Of a stretch of 64,000 nt of DNA, positions 49,874 through 59,693 are shown one piece after another. Positions within the stretch are counted from its first letter, which is position 1. Every line of letters starts with the position of its first letter. The notes below the pieces were generated by a model that saw only the letters and a list, made by a program, of their open reading frames with translations, made no database searches and was not told the DNA's origin. Made by a program: the position numbers and the translations under genes. Source of the DNA: Nautiliaceae bacterium (GTDB lineage: Bacteria; Campylobacterota; Campylobacteria; Campylobacterales; Nautiliaceae); the NCBI GenBank assembly GCA_027062625.1, contig JAMOSZ010000101.1, forward strand, positions 2,272 to 66,271, read 5' to 3'.

Positions 49874-50785
49874 TTGAGCAAACTTTTAGAAGTTGAAAAC
49901 GAGATTAAAAAAGCAATAGTTGGACAAGATAAACTAATACGAATGATGATAATTGCCTTAATCTCAAATGGACACATCTTAATAGAAGGGGTCCCAGGGG
50001 TTGCCAAAACAACCGCTATAAAGACTCTTAGTCAAGTTTGCGATTTAGATTTTAAAAGAGTTCAATTTACTCCCGATTTACTCCCAAGCGATATTATAGG
50101 AGTAGAGACATACAATCCAAAAACAAATGAATTTCAAATCTACAAAGGTCCAATCTTTACAAATTTGCTTCTTGCCGATGAAATTAACCGTTCCCCAGCC
50201 AAAGTCCAAAGTGCTTTACTTGAAGCAATGCAAGAGAGGCAAGTTAGCATTGGCAAAAAAACTCTTCCTCTCCCAAAACCATTTATGGTACTTGCCACTC
50301 AAAATCCAATAGAACAAGAAGGCACCTATCCTCTCCCAGAAGCTCAACTTGATAGGTTTATGTTTAAAGTTATTGTAAATTACCCTTCATTAGAGGATGA
50401 AATAAAAATTATTGAGCTTATAGAAAATCCTCCAACAATAAATAAACTTTTATCAAGAAGCGATATTTTACAATTCCAAGAAGAGCTAAAAAATGTATTT
50501 ATTGACAAAGAGTTAATTGAGTATATAGCAGAAATTGTAAATGCAACAAGAAAAGAAAAACTCCTAAGACTTGGGGCAAGCCCAAGGGCTACTATCTTTT
50601 TAGTAAAAGGGGCAAAAGCAAATGCTTTTATAAAAAATAGAGATTATGTAATACCAGAAGATATTTTAGAAATACTTTATGAAGTGTTAAGACACAGAAT
50701 AATCCTCTCCTATGAAGCTATTGCAGAGGACATTAAAGAGGATGAAATTATAGAAAATATACTAAATCAGGTACCAAAAAGATGA
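49874..50785 (+). CDS. MoxR-family AAA+ ATPase
   Basis: 303 aa with a TTG start, Walker A GVPGVAKT, Walker B LLADEINR and ATQNP...LPEAQLDRF. Confidence 0.9.
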   Translation: MSKLLEVENEIKKAIVGQDKLIRMMIIALISNGHILIEGVPGVAKTTAIKTLSQVCDLDFKRVQFTPDLLPSDIIGVETYNPKTNEFQIYKGPIFTNLLLADEINRSPAKVQSALLEAMQERQVSIGKKTLPLPKPFMVLATQNPIEQEGTYPLPEAQLDRFMFKVIVNYPSLEDEIKIIELIENPPTINKLLSRSDILQFQEELKNVFIDKELIEYIAEIVNATRKEKLLRLGASPRATIFLVKGAKANAFIKNRDYVIPEDILEILYEVLRHRIILSYEAIAEDIKEDEIIENILNQVPKR

Positions 50786-51573
50786 AAGAGCTTATTATAA
50801 AAGCCAAAAAAAGAGTATTTGAAATTGGAGCTGGGAATAACTTATCGGTTTTTAAAGGAGATGGGATAGAGTTTAAGGAGTTAAGAGAGTATCAATATGG
50901 AGAGGATGCAAAAAGGATAGACTTTAAAAGAAGTATTAAGTATCAAAAACCATTAGTAAGAGAGTTTGAAGATGAAAAAGAACTTCATATAATAATTACC
51001 ATCTTACTAAGCGGCTCTTTAATTTTTGGAACTGTTAAAACAAAAATGGAGCTTATTTTAGAGATAGTAGCTCTTTTAGCATACGCTTCAATAAAGTATC
51101 AAAACAAATTTAGCATAATTTTATACGATACAAAACCAACTCCATTAACACTCAATGAAAAAAAAGAATCCTCAATTCCTTATATCTTAGAAAAAATCAA
51201 TTCAACCCCTTTGCTTAAAAAAGATTATAATCAATCAGTAATAACTTACTTAAACAAGTTTAAAAAATCCATACTTTTTTTAATAGGAGATTTTTACCAT
51301 CCAATCAATACAAAAGCCCTAAAACACGAAACCTATACCATAATAGTAAGAGATAAACTTGAAGAAAATCCAAAACCAATTAAAAATTTATGCCTAAAAA
51401 ATCCCATTAATTTAAAAGAATCTTTTGCTTCTTTTTCAAAAAAGAAGATAAAAGCTTACACCGATAAAATAAAAACACTCGACATAAAAATTTTCTCCCA
51501 GAATCCTTATCATTCTACAAAAATCTATACAACAGACAATGCATACCTTAAATTAAAGGAGTTGTTAAAATGA
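50782..51573 (+). CDS. DUF58 domain protein (MoxR partner)
   Basis: 263 aa. FKGDGIEFKELREYQYGEDAKRIDFKRSIKYQKPLVREFEDE matches the DUF58 signature (G.G.EF...R.Y..GDD.R.IDWK...). It overlaps the moxR-like gene by 4 nt. Confidence 0.75.
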   Translation: MKELIIKAKKRVFEIGAGNNLSVFKGDGIEFKELREYQYGEDAKRIDFKRSIKYQKPLVREFEDEKELHIIITILLSGSLIFGTVKTKMELILEIVALLAYASIKYQNKFSIILYDTKPTPLTLNEKKESSIPYILEKINSTPLLKKDYNQSVITYLNKFKKSILFLIGDFYHPINTKALKHETYTIIVRDKLEENPKPIKNLCLKNPINLKESFASFSKKKIKAYTDKIKTLDIKIFSQNPYHSTKIYTTDNAYLKLKELLK

Positions 51574-51914
51574 CACCTCTACCACTAAAAGATGTAAAAA
51601 GCGTAGAGATTATACCTACTTGGAGTTTAATTTTAGCAATTGTAATAGTTTTGATAACGATAATAATAATTTTAAAAGTTAGAAAAAAAGAGACTATCAA
51701 ATTTAACTTCAAAAATTCAAAAGAGAGTGCTTATAAATTCTCAATTATCGCTCCAAAATACATAAACGAAAAAAACCAACCCCTCTTTCAAACAATCCAA
51801 AAAGAGATTAAAATCTATAAATATAAACCAAATGTCCCTCCTATGAAAAAAGAGGATATAGAAATGATAAAAGAGTTTTTTAAATATTCAAAAGTCAAAA
51901 TCAAAGAAGTTTAA
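51570..51914 (+). CDS. Small single-TM protein of the Bat-like operon
   Basis: 114 aa with one TM helix (WSLILAIVIVLITIIIIL). It is overlapped or abutted by neighbours on both sides. Confidence 0.5.
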   Translation: MTPLPLKDVKSVEIIPTWSLILAIVIVLITIIIILKVRKKETIKFNFKNSKESAYKFSIIAPKYINEKNQPLFQTIQKEIKIYKYKPNVPPMKKEDIEMIKEFFKYSKVKIKEV

Positions 51915-52760
51915 TTGAATTTAGAATATCCATTAGCGCTTTTGATTATACCAACTTATCTTATACTAAAAAAACTCTTTCCTCCTCAGTGGGATTGCAT
52001 CTTATTTCCAAATGCTGAATTTTTTAAATCAAAAAAAAGCCAACTCATAGAAATTTTAACAATCACCCTCCTTAGCATCTCCCTTGCAAACCCATTCTCT
52101 AAAAAAACTATCCAACTCCCTAAAAAAGGGTATGATATTTTAATGGCACTTGATACAAGCGGCTCAATGGAGGATAAAATTAAAATTGCAAAAAAGATAA
52201 TAATAGATTTTGCAAAAAAAAGAAAAAACGATAGATTAGGACTGGTAGTATTTGGAAGTAGACCTTATATTGCTTCTCCTTTGACATATGAAAAAAAATA
52301 TTTCAAAGATATTGTTAAAAATATTTTTGTCACAATAGCTGGGGGAAAAACAGCAATTTATGATGCTTTATTTTTATCAACGTCTTTATTTAGTAAATCC
52401 TCTAAAAACAAGATTATAATACTCCTAACAGATGGAAAAGACAACAAAAGCATAACTCCACTTAACCTAACTCTTAAAAAATTAAAAAGCCTTAATATAA
52501 AAGTATATGCAATTGGAATTGGAAATAGCGATAATAAAGTTTTACAAAAAATTGCAAAAGAGACAAATGGCAAATTCTTCCACATACAAAATCCAAAAAA
52601 TCTTAAAAAAATCTATAACTACATAAATTCTCTTGAAAAAAACCAATATAAAACCCCAAAAATTACAATAATAAAATCTTACTACCATTATCCTCTTTTA
52701 ATGGCCTTAGGACTTTATTTAATTTTATTGTATAATCTAAGAAAAAGGAGCTTTGCTTGA
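51915..52760 (+). CDS. batA: von Willebrand factor A domain membrane protein (BatA-like)
   Basis: 281 aa with a TTG start, N- and C-terminal TM helices and the MIDAS motif LDTSGSM ... LLTDGKDN. Confidence 0.8.
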   Translation: MNLEYPLALLIIPTYLILKKLFPPQWDCILFPNAEFFKSKKSQLIEILTITLLSISLANPFSKKTIQLPKKGYDILMALDTSGSMEDKIKIAKKIIIDFAKKRKNDRLGLVVFGSRPYIASPLTYEKKYFKDIVKNIFVTIAGGKTAIYDALFLSTSLFSKSSKNKIIILLTDGKDNKSITPLNLTLKKLKSLNIKVYAIGIGNSDNKVLQKIAKETNGKFFHIQNPKNLKKIYNYINSLEKNQYKTPKITIIKSYYHYPLLMALGLYLILLYNLRKRSFA

Positions 52761-53488
52761 TAACCTTTCAAAATCCTCACGCATTCTTAGCTCTTACGCT
52801 TGTTATATTATTTCTTTTCTTAAAACCATATGATATAAAAGTCTCAAAAAAAGCAATTTTAGTATCTCCTTATAGCAATAAAAAAAGATTCTTTACCCTC
52901 TTAGCTTCTTTTATCTTTTTAATTATTGCTCTTGCAAAACCTGTTATAAAAGGAGAGAGACAAAAAATAAAAATCACATCATCAGTTGTAATACTTCTTG
53001 ATATGTCAGCAAAAATGAAAAAAACCGATATTTATCCAAATAGATTCAAAGCCGCAGTTAACAAAATCAAAATCCTTTTATCAAATATCCAAAATCCAGT
53101 AGAAGTAATTGGAGTTAGAGAGTTTCCATTTTTAATCACCCCCCCAACAACCGATTATAAAGCAATCTCTTATCTATTAGACCATATATCCCAAGAAGAC
53201 ATAAGAGAAGATGCAAACTTTAAAAGAGCACTTAACTACACAAAACAAATCAAAAACCCAAAAATAATCCTATCCATTACAGACAAAAAAATCCCAAATA
53301 CTCTAACTTATATCCTAACAAAAGACTACTCCAACCAAGAAATCTTAAAAATCGCAAAACAAATCAACTCAAAAACAATAATAACCAACATTCCAATCAC
53401 CCAAAATAAAGAATTATTTATATATCCATTAGCAATTGGCATAATCCTTTTTATAATAGCTCATATCTCTTTAAGGATTAAAAAATGA
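52757..53488 (+). CDS. vWA-like membrane protein (BatB-like) with degenerate MIDAS
   Basis: 243 aa with terminal TM helices. It has LLDMSAKM where DxSxS is expected, so the second Ser is replaced. Confidence 0.55.
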   Translation: MITFQNPHAFLALTLVILFLFLKPYDIKVSKKAILVSPYSNKKRFFTLLASFIFLIIALAKPVIKGERQKIKITSSVVILLDMSAKMKKTDIYPNRFKAAVNKIKILLSNIQNPVEVIGVREFPFLITPPTTDYKAISYLLDHISQEDIREDANFKRALNYTKQIKNPKIILSITDKKIPNTLTYILTKDYSNQEILKIAKQINSKTIITNIPITQNKELFIYPLAIGIILFIIAHISLRIKK

Positions 53489-54111
53489 GATTTTTAATTC
53501 TCTTCTTTGCAATTAAACTATTTGCTTTTAATATTTTCACAGCTATAAAAGCAGAGTATGATTATAAAACCAAAAACTATCAAAAAGCCGCAAAAGAGTT
53601 TTTAGATCTTAATACTCAAAAAGGATTGCTAAATGCTGGAAATTGTTTTTATAAACTAAAAGAGTACAAAAAGGCAATAATTTATTACAACCAAATTACT
53701 AATAAAGATTTACTTTTTTATAAATATTACAATTTGGCAAATTCCTATGCACAATTAAGAGACTTCAATAAAGCCATCACACTCTACCAAAAAGCCCTAA
53801 AAATCAAGTTTGATAAAGATGCAAAATACAATCTTGAATACATTAAAAAACTATTAAAAAAACAACCTCCACCTCCTCCATCCAAAAAAAAAACACCTCC
53901 TAAAAAACAACACTCAAAAAACAAACAAAAAAACTCTACCCCTAAAAACAATAACTCTACTCCCAAAAAACAAAATTCAAAAAAACAATTAACCCTAAAA
54001 TCACTTAAAAAAGATAAACTTCAAAAAAAAGATTTGCAACAAGAGTATTATGAAAAAAAATTAAGAAGTCTAAATTTTAATACTCTTTTAATTCCTTTAA
54101 GGAGCGAATAG
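53485..54111 (+). CDS. TPR protein (BatC-like) with a Lys/Pro/Asn-rich low-complexity tail
   Basis: 208 aa with TPR-type repeats (YQKAAKEF, YKKAIIYY, FNKAITLYQKAL), followed by KKQPPPPPSKKKTPPKKQHSKNKQKNSTPKNNNSTPKKQ. Confidence 0.65.
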   Translation: MRFLILFFAIKLFAFNIFTAIKAEYDYKTKNYQKAAKEFLDLNTQKGLLNAGNCFYKLKEYKKAIIYYNQITNKDLLFYKYYNLANSYAQLRDFNKAITLYQKALKIKFDKDAKYNLEYIKKLLKKQPPPPPSKKKTPPKKQHSKNKQKNSTPKNNNSTPKKQNSKKQLTLKSLKKDKLQKKDLQQEYYEKKLRSLNFNTLLIPLRSE

Positions 54112-55482
54112 ATGAGATATATAATCCTTCTCCCACTTGCACTTTTTGCAAGTGAAGTTAGTGTAAATGTTAATAAAAATATTTTGTGCAAAGGGGAGAG
54201 ATTAATAATCTCTATCACTGCTCACGGAAAAAATATAAAAATTCCTACACTAGAATATATCTCAAACTACCCAGTAAAACAAGTTTTTATAGAAAATAAC
54301 ATTATAGCAATGAATGGAAAATTAGAAGAATCTATTACTAAAACTTTTGTAATTATCCCAGATAAAAATATGACAATTCCATCTTTTAAAGTTGAAGTTG
54401 ATAACAAACTCTACATAACAAAACCAATAAAAATTATCATCCAAAAGCCAACATCATCCCATAAAGGATTTATTTTTGATTTAAACATCTCCAAAGATAG
54501 TATCTATTTAGGAGATAGTGCGCTAATTTCAATTACCATAAAAAGCAAAAAAGAAAACGTAAACTTTATAAAACTACCTCCATTTAAAATCAAAAATGCC
54601 ATCTTAACTCCTCTTCAAAACAACTCTAAAAAAAATCAAGCAACCTATAAATACATTTTTCATCCTCTAAAAAGCAAAACTTATACTATCGGTCCAATAA
54701 AAGCAATCGTTGGAATTGAGAGTATAGATAAAATGAAAAACAGATATTTCACTTTTGGAATTAAAACAATAAAGGAAAAAAACATCTACTCTCAAACAAA
54801 AACAATCAAAGTCTATCCAATACCAAAAGATACTATCTTTGGAGACTTTAACATCTCTCTTAGCATTAAAAACAAAAAAATAGAAGCAAACTCACCAAAT
54901 ACCGCTACTTTAAGAATAAAAGGATGTGGAGACTTTTACTCCTTGCCAAATTTTTCTATCAAAATTCCAAATGCAACAATTTATACAACTAAACCCTTCT
55001 TAAAAACAACCTTTAAAAACAATCATCTTTGCGGAATTTTTGAGCAAAACTTCACAATTCTCGCTCCCCACTCATACCTTATACCACCACTTACCTTAAA
55101 AACATTTTACAACAAAAAAATAAATCTAAAAACCACTTCTCCAATTCAAGTGAATGTCCTCTCTCCAACAATTTCATCAAAAGAAAAAATAGTCTATACC
55201 AAAAAGTATAACTTAGCATTTTTAATTTTAACTTTTTTTGCAGGAGCAGTGATTGGAACATTGGTTAGTTATTTAATAAGAAAAGAAGATATTTTTACAA
55301 AAATAAAAAAAGCAAAATCGGATAAAGAACTTTTAAAAATTTTACTATCTTTTAAATGCTACATTAAATTACAACCATATATAGAAAAACTTCAAAGCAA
55401 TATCTATAATCACACAAATTACAAAATAGAAAAAAAAGAGATTATAAAAACTCTAAAAGAGTGCCTCAAACACACTCTTTAA
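54112..55482 (+). CDS. BatD-like (oxygen-tolerance family) protein
   Basis: 456 aa with a signal peptide, a long beta-rich ectodomain, a single C-terminal TM helix (LAFLILTFFAGAVIGTLVSYLI) and a terminal operon position as in bat operons. Confidence 0.6.
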   Translation: MRYIILLPLALFASEVSVNVNKNILCKGERLIISITAHGKNIKIPTLEYISNYPVKQVFIENNIIAMNGKLEESITKTFVIIPDKNMTIPSFKVEVDNKLYITKPIKIIIQKPTSSHKGFIFDLNISKDSIYLGDSALISITIKSKKENVNFIKLPPFKIKNAILTPLQNNSKKNQATYKYIFHPLKSKTYTIGPIKAIVGIESIDKMKNRYFTFGIKTIKEKNIYSQTKTIKVYPIPKDTIFGDFNISLSIKNKKIEANSPNTATLRIKGCGDFYSLPNFSIKIPNATIYTTKPFLKTTFKNNHLCGIFEQNFTILAPHSYLIPPLTLKTFYNKKINLKTTSPIQVNVLSPTISSKEKIVYTKKYNLAFLILTFFAGAVIGTLVSYLIRKEDIFTKIKKAKSDKELLKILLSFKCYIKLQPYIEKLQSNIYNHTNYKIEKKEIIKTLKECLKHTL

Positions 55483-56392
55483 AATATTTCTTACACTCCT
55501 CTTTTAAGCAAAATCTTGGCACTTTACCATCTAAAAAGTCCATTAAATTATCAAGACTTATTTGCATAATTCTTCTTAAAGCCTCTTTTGTATAGTATGC
55601 CATATGAGGAGTTGCTATGATATTATCTTTTTTTGCCAAACTCCAATCAGGAAGCACATCAGCTGCAATAATTCCATTAAAGGTTAAATAAACCTCTCTC
55701 TCTATAATTTCAGCTCTTGCTGGATTTATTATTACATTTCCTTTAAAATGGCTAATATTTTCTTTATTGATTAAATTTTTAGTTTGAGGAGTTAGTGGAA
55801 GTGCAATAAACAAAAAGTCACTCCTCTCTAACACTTCTTCTAAAATAAAAGTCTCTCTTATTCCTAAATTTTTTGGATGTCTACTAAATCCAATCACATC
55901 AGCTCCAAATCCTTTTGCAATTTTTACAATTTGCCTTCCAATAGTCCCAAGCCCTAAAACTCCAATAGTCTTACCCTCAATCTCAATTCCTTTTAAATCT
56001 TTATAATAAAGATCGTTCCTTTTTACCCTATGAATTGCAATATAAAGTTTCCTAATAGCTTCAAGCAACAACCCAAAAGCAAACTCCCCAACCGCAGGAC
56101 CAGCATAATCTCTTACATTACTTACCATTATCCCTCTTTTGTAACACTCCACTAAATCAATATGGTCATATCCAGTTGAGCGAGTTTGAATATATTTAAG
56201 ATTTGGAAGTTTATCAAGAATTTCAGCAGTAATTTTTGAGTTTATAAAAATAGAAATCACATCATAATCCGCTGGCAACTTATGATTATTTATCGTCTCT
56301 TCAAAAAACAATACCTCAACATTAACACCTTCTAATTTTTTTTCAAAAAATTCTCTCTCCTCTGGTTTAACTTCAAAAAATGCTATCTTCAT
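55466..56392 (-). CDS. D-isomer-specific 2-hydroxyacid dehydrogenase (NAD-binding)
   Basis: 308 aa with Rossmann motif GVLGLGTIGRQ and catalytic R/E/H contexts (NPARAE, TPHMAY). Confidence 0.85.
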   Translation of the reverse strand: MKIAFFEVKPEEREFFEKKLEGVNVEVLFFEETINNHKLPADYDVISIFINSKITAEILDKLPNLKYIQTRSTGYDHIDLVECYKRGIMVSNVRDYAGPAVGEFAFGLLLEAIRKLYIAIHRVKRNDLYYKDLKGIEIEGKTIGVLGLGTIGRQIVKIAKGFGADVIGFSRHPKNLGIRETFILEEVLERSDFLFIALPLTPQTKNLINKENISHFKGNVIINPARAEIIEREVYLTFNGIIAADVLPDWSLAKKDNIIATPHMAYYTKEALRRIMQISLDNLMDFLDGKVPRFCLKEECKKYFKECV

Positions 56393-56422
56393 ACAAACCT
56401 TTCAAAATTTTGTAGCATTATA

Positions 56423-56905
56423 TCAAATCTTCTTTACCCTTTTTGCCCTTTTATAAGCTTTATACTCTTCTTTACTTTTTACATTCATCTCTTCAATCTC
56501 CCTCCACTTTATCTCAACCTCTTTTGGATTTTCAATCCTATTAATAAAATATCCAAGCTCTTTTCCTTTTGGCACACTTCTGCCAAGTGGAGGCATCCTT
56601 TTTTCTACTTGAACTAAGCACCCATCATCAGCCTTTGGACACTCCCTAACACAGGCTCCGCAGTAAATACAAAGATAAGGATTATAGTTATACTCTTTTT
56701 TACCACTTTCATAATCAACAACTACAAATTTTATCGCACCGGGAGGACAAATATTCTCGCACTTATCACAAAATATACAAAGCTCCTCATTATAATGGAT
56801 AACCCCCCTATACCCTTTTGGCTCAGGTGAAGGAGAAAAAGGGTATTTTATAGTTTCTGGCTCACTTACTAAATTTTTAAAACTCTCTATAAACATTTTA
56901 AGCAT
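56423..56905 (-). CDS. echF: Ech-type hydrogenase 2x[4Fe-4S] ferredoxin subunit
   Basis: 160 aa with two CxxCxxCxxxCP clusters (CIFCDKCENICP, CIYCGACVRECP) and a Lys-rich C-terminal extension. Confidence 0.8.
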   Translation of the reverse strand: MLKMFIESFKNLVSEPETIKYPFSPSPEPKGYRGVIHYNEELCIFCDKCENICPPGAIKFVVVDYESGKKEYNYNPYLCIYCGACVRECPKADDGCLVQVEKRMPPLGRSVPKGKELGYFINRIENPKEVEIKWREIEEMNVKSKEEYKAYKRAKRVKKI

Positions 56906-56914
56906 ATCTACCTC

Positions 56915-57997
56915 CTATCTTGCTGTACAACTCATACAAGGGTCAAAACTCAAAACAATCGCTTGGGCGTCTGAATATTTTGCCCCTAAAAAAAGCTCTT
57001 TTAATATAGGAATGTTTGCATAAGTTGGCACTCTAATTCTAACTCTATCCATTACCTTTTTCCCACTTCCCCTTAAATAGTAAAAACACTCCCCTCTTGG
57101 AGCTTCAACCCTTACAACCACTTCCCCTTTTGGTCTTCCTTTAACCTTTACTTTATATTCCCCTTCTGGAAGATTGTTTAAAATATTCTCACACATTTCA
57201 ATAGAGTTTAATATTTCATCAAACCTAACCATATTCCTTGCCCAAACATCACCCTCACTTCTTAGCTGCATCTTATATCCAACCTCTTCAAAAGGAAGAT
57301 AATCAAACTCAGCCCTAACATCCGTATCAAGCCCGCTTGCCCTTGCCACTGGACCAGCTGTATTGTATTTTGCCGCCATCTCCTTGCTTATAACCCCAAT
57401 CCCTTTTGTTTTAAGCCCAAAAGTGTAATCGCTATCGTGAAATTCCATTACTTTTAAAACATTATCTTTTAATTTTTTAAGTTTTTTCTTTGCAAATTCA
57501 GCAATCTCACTATCCATATCCCTTGCAACCCCTCCAATTGTCTGATAATCATACTGAACCCTATTTCCAGTAATCGCTTCTAAAACATCCATTACATCTT
57601 CTCTTGCCCTAAAAGTCTGCATAAAAAGATTTTCATACCCAACAACCTCAGCTACATGTCCGTTTGCAAGAAGATGAGAGTGAATCCTATCAAGCTCAAC
57701 CACAAGCATCCTCAAATAGTCTATCCTCTTATTAACCTCAATATCCATAAGCTTCTCTATCCCATGAACCACCGCCCCGGCGTGAGTTATTGAACAAAGC
57801 CCACACACTCTTGCTGTAAGGTATGGAAGCTGGGTATATTCAAATTTTGTAATTGCCGCTTTTTCTATTCCTCTGTGAACATATCCAATATGAGCTTCAA
57901 CTTTTGTAATTATCTCATTTTCAGTTTCAAATAAAAAACTTATAGGCTCAGGCAAAGCAATATGTTGCGAGCCAAAAGGCACAATAATCTTTCCCAT
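56915..57997 (-). CDS. echE: Group 4 [NiFe]-hydrogenase large subunit
   Basis: 360 aa with the N-terminal Ni-binding RVCGLCSITH and C-terminal DPCMSCTAR, and no cleavable C-terminal extension. Confidence 0.9.
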   Translation of the reverse strand: MGKIIVPFGSQHIALPEPISFLFETENEIITKVEAHIGYVHRGIEKAAITKFEYTQLPYLTARVCGLCSITHAGAVVHGIEKLMDIEVNKRIDYLRMLVVELDRIHSHLLANGHVAEVVGYENLFMQTFRAREDVMDVLEAITGNRVQYDYQTIGGVARDMDSEIAEFAKKKLKKLKDNVLKVMEFHDSDYTFGLKTKGIGVISKEMAAKYNTAGPVARASGLDTDVRAEFDYLPFEEVGYKMQLRSEGDVWARNMVRFDEILNSIEMCENILNNLPEGEYKVKVKGRPKGEVVVRVEAPRGECFYYLRGSGKKVMDRVRIRVPTYANIPILKELFLGAKYSDAQAIVLSFDPCMSCTAR

Positions 57998-58006
57998 TAC
58001 ATCTCC

Positions 58007-58378
58007 TTATAATTTCGTATCAACTCTAAGTGGTGCTTTTGGACCATCAGGTGCTATAAAAACCCCAGTTGTTGCATTCTCAACATCCAAACCAAACAAA
58101 TCAGCAAGCTCCCACTCAGCAAGCCACGCACTTGGAATAACAGGCACAATTGAAGGAATAAAAGCATCATATGAAACATTTGCCCTAAAAATCTTTATAA
58201 TGTTTTTAGCTCTGTATTTTGAAAAAAGCCAATCAATTTGAATCTCTCCTCCAAGGTCTGTGGCATTAATAGTGATAAAATTCCACTCCCTCTCATCATA
58301 AAACTCTTTTATCTTATCCACCACATTATCAAGCGTAACCTCTTCTATTTGCATATTTGGATTAACCATCATCTTCAA
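58007..58378 (-). CDS. echD: Ech-type hydrogenase small NuoC-like subunit
   Basis: 123 aa. The C-terminal PSAWLAEWELADLFGLDVEN resembles the NuoC/30-kDa subunit motif (P.A.W.ERE..DmFGI). Its position matches echD. Confidence 0.6.
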   Translation of the reverse strand: MKMMVNPNMQIEEVTLDNVVDKIKEFYDEREWNFITINATDLGGEIQIDWLFSKYRAKNIIKIFRANVSYDAFIPSIVPVIPSAWLAEWELADLFGLDVENATTGVFIAPDGPKAPLRVDTKL

Positions 58379-58853
58379 CTCCTAATGTTTTAATTACTTT
58401 TTCGTGGTCTCTTAAATACTCTTTTTCTTTTGATTTTTGCTGCCATATCTCAATTGCCTCAACCATCCCGTCAATCAAAGCCTCAACTCTTGGTGCACAT
58501 CCGGGTATCCACACATCAACTGGGATTATGTTGTTTACTCCGTTTTCCACATGGTAAAAATTCCTAAAAATCCCCCCACCATGAGCACAAGCACCCATAG
58601 CCACCACAACCTTTGGCTCAGCCATTTCAAGATATAGCCTTCTTAAAACATCCTTGCAGTTTTTTGTAACAGGTCCGGTAACTAACAAAATATCCGCTTG
58701 CTTTGGATTACCTCTGTTTAACATCCCAAATCTTTCAATATCATACCTTGGGGCAAGGGCTGAGAGAATTTCTATATCACAGCCGTTACATCCGCCAGTA
58801 TTGTAGTGCAAAATCCAAGGCGATTTTTTTCTAAATTTGCTAAAAAAACCCAT
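58362..58853 (-). CDS. echC: Group 4 [NiFe]-hydrogenase small subunit (NuoB-like)
   Basis: 163 aa with [4Fe-4S] ligands in GGCNGCDIE, GACAHGGG and PGCAPR. Confidence 0.9.
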   Translation of the reverse strand: MGFFSKFRKKSPWILHYNTGGCNGCDIEILSALAPRYDIERFGMLNRGNPKQADILLVTGPVTKNCKDVLRRLYLEMAEPKVVVAMGACAHGGGIFRNFYHVENGVNNIIPVDVWIPGCAPRVEALIDGMVEAIEIWQQKSKEKEYLRDHEKVIKTLGVEDDG

Positions 58854-58862
58854 AATCTCTCC

Positions 58863-59693
58863 TTACTCAAATAAAGCTAACAAAATTACATTAAATGCAG
58901 CCATTGGAATTAAAAATCCCCAAGCAAACTTAACCATTCTTCTAAAATCAAGTCTTGCAGTTGAATTATCAAGCAAATTCACAAACAAAAAGGCAAAAAT
59001 CACAAGCAAAGCCCCAAGCCAGTAATGAGACCCCCCAAACAAAAAGACAAATGTAAACACATAAATATACTCTATCCACTTCCCAGTATAAAGTGCTTCA
59101 TAAAAAGGACCACTATACTCAATCTCAGGACCACCTATAATCTCTTGATGAGCTTCTGCCACATCAAAAGGAGATTTTTGAAGCATCATAGGAATAGTTA
59201 ACAAAAAAGCGATAAATACAAAAGGAAGCTTTAAAATAGGATACCCATCATAACTTAAAATATCTTTAATATCAAAACTTCCAACAACAAGATACAAAGC
59301 AACAACCATTAAAACCATCAAAGGCTCATAGCTTATCATATGCATAAGCTCCCTTAACGCACCAAGTACCGAATATGGGCTTCTAACAGAACTTGCACCA
59401 ACCACTAACGAAAGCACAGCAATTACATGGAAAAATACCGCTATTAACAAATCATTCCCAAGCAAAAGCACTCCCAAAGCAAACCATTCAGCTATAAAAT
59501 ACATAATCCCCATTAAAGCGTGCAAAGAGTGAATCATAATAGGACGCTTATCCATAAGCTTAAAAAAGTCATAAAAAGGTTGCATAAGAGGAGGACCAAC
59601 TCTTCTTTGCATCCTTGCTTTTACTACTCTCTCAATCCCATAAACAATTCCTCCAAAAAAAGGAGCCAAAATAGTCAAAATTACATTTATCAT
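58863..59693 (-). CDS. echB: Ech-type hydrogenase membrane subunit (NuoH/HycD-like)
   Basis: 276 aa with about 8 TM helices, the RMQRRVGPP motif of NuoH-like proteins and a start overlapping echA. Confidence 0.85.
   Translation of the reverse strand: MINVILTILAPFFGGIVYGIERVVKARMQRRVGPPLMQPFYDFFKLMDKRPIMIHSLHALMGIMYFIAEWFALGVLLLGNDLLIAVFFHVIAVLSLVVGASSVRSPYSVLGALRELMHMISYEPLMVLMVVALYLVVGSFDIKDILSYDGYPILKLPFVFIAFLLTIPMMLQKSPFDVAEAHQEIIGGPEIEYSGPFYEALYTGKWIEYIYVFTFVFLFGGSHYWLGALLVIFAFLFVNLLDNSTARLDFRRMVKFAWGFLIPMAAFNVILLALFE

Noticed and set aside
53860-54010. Repetitive A/C-rich DNA (CCACCTCCTCCA, AAAAAACAA...) that looks like a simple-sequence repeat
   Set aside because: It is in frame within the BatC-like CDS and encodes a K/P/N/S low-complexity linker. 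It has no regular period and no spacer structure, so it is not a CRISPR array or a VNTR.
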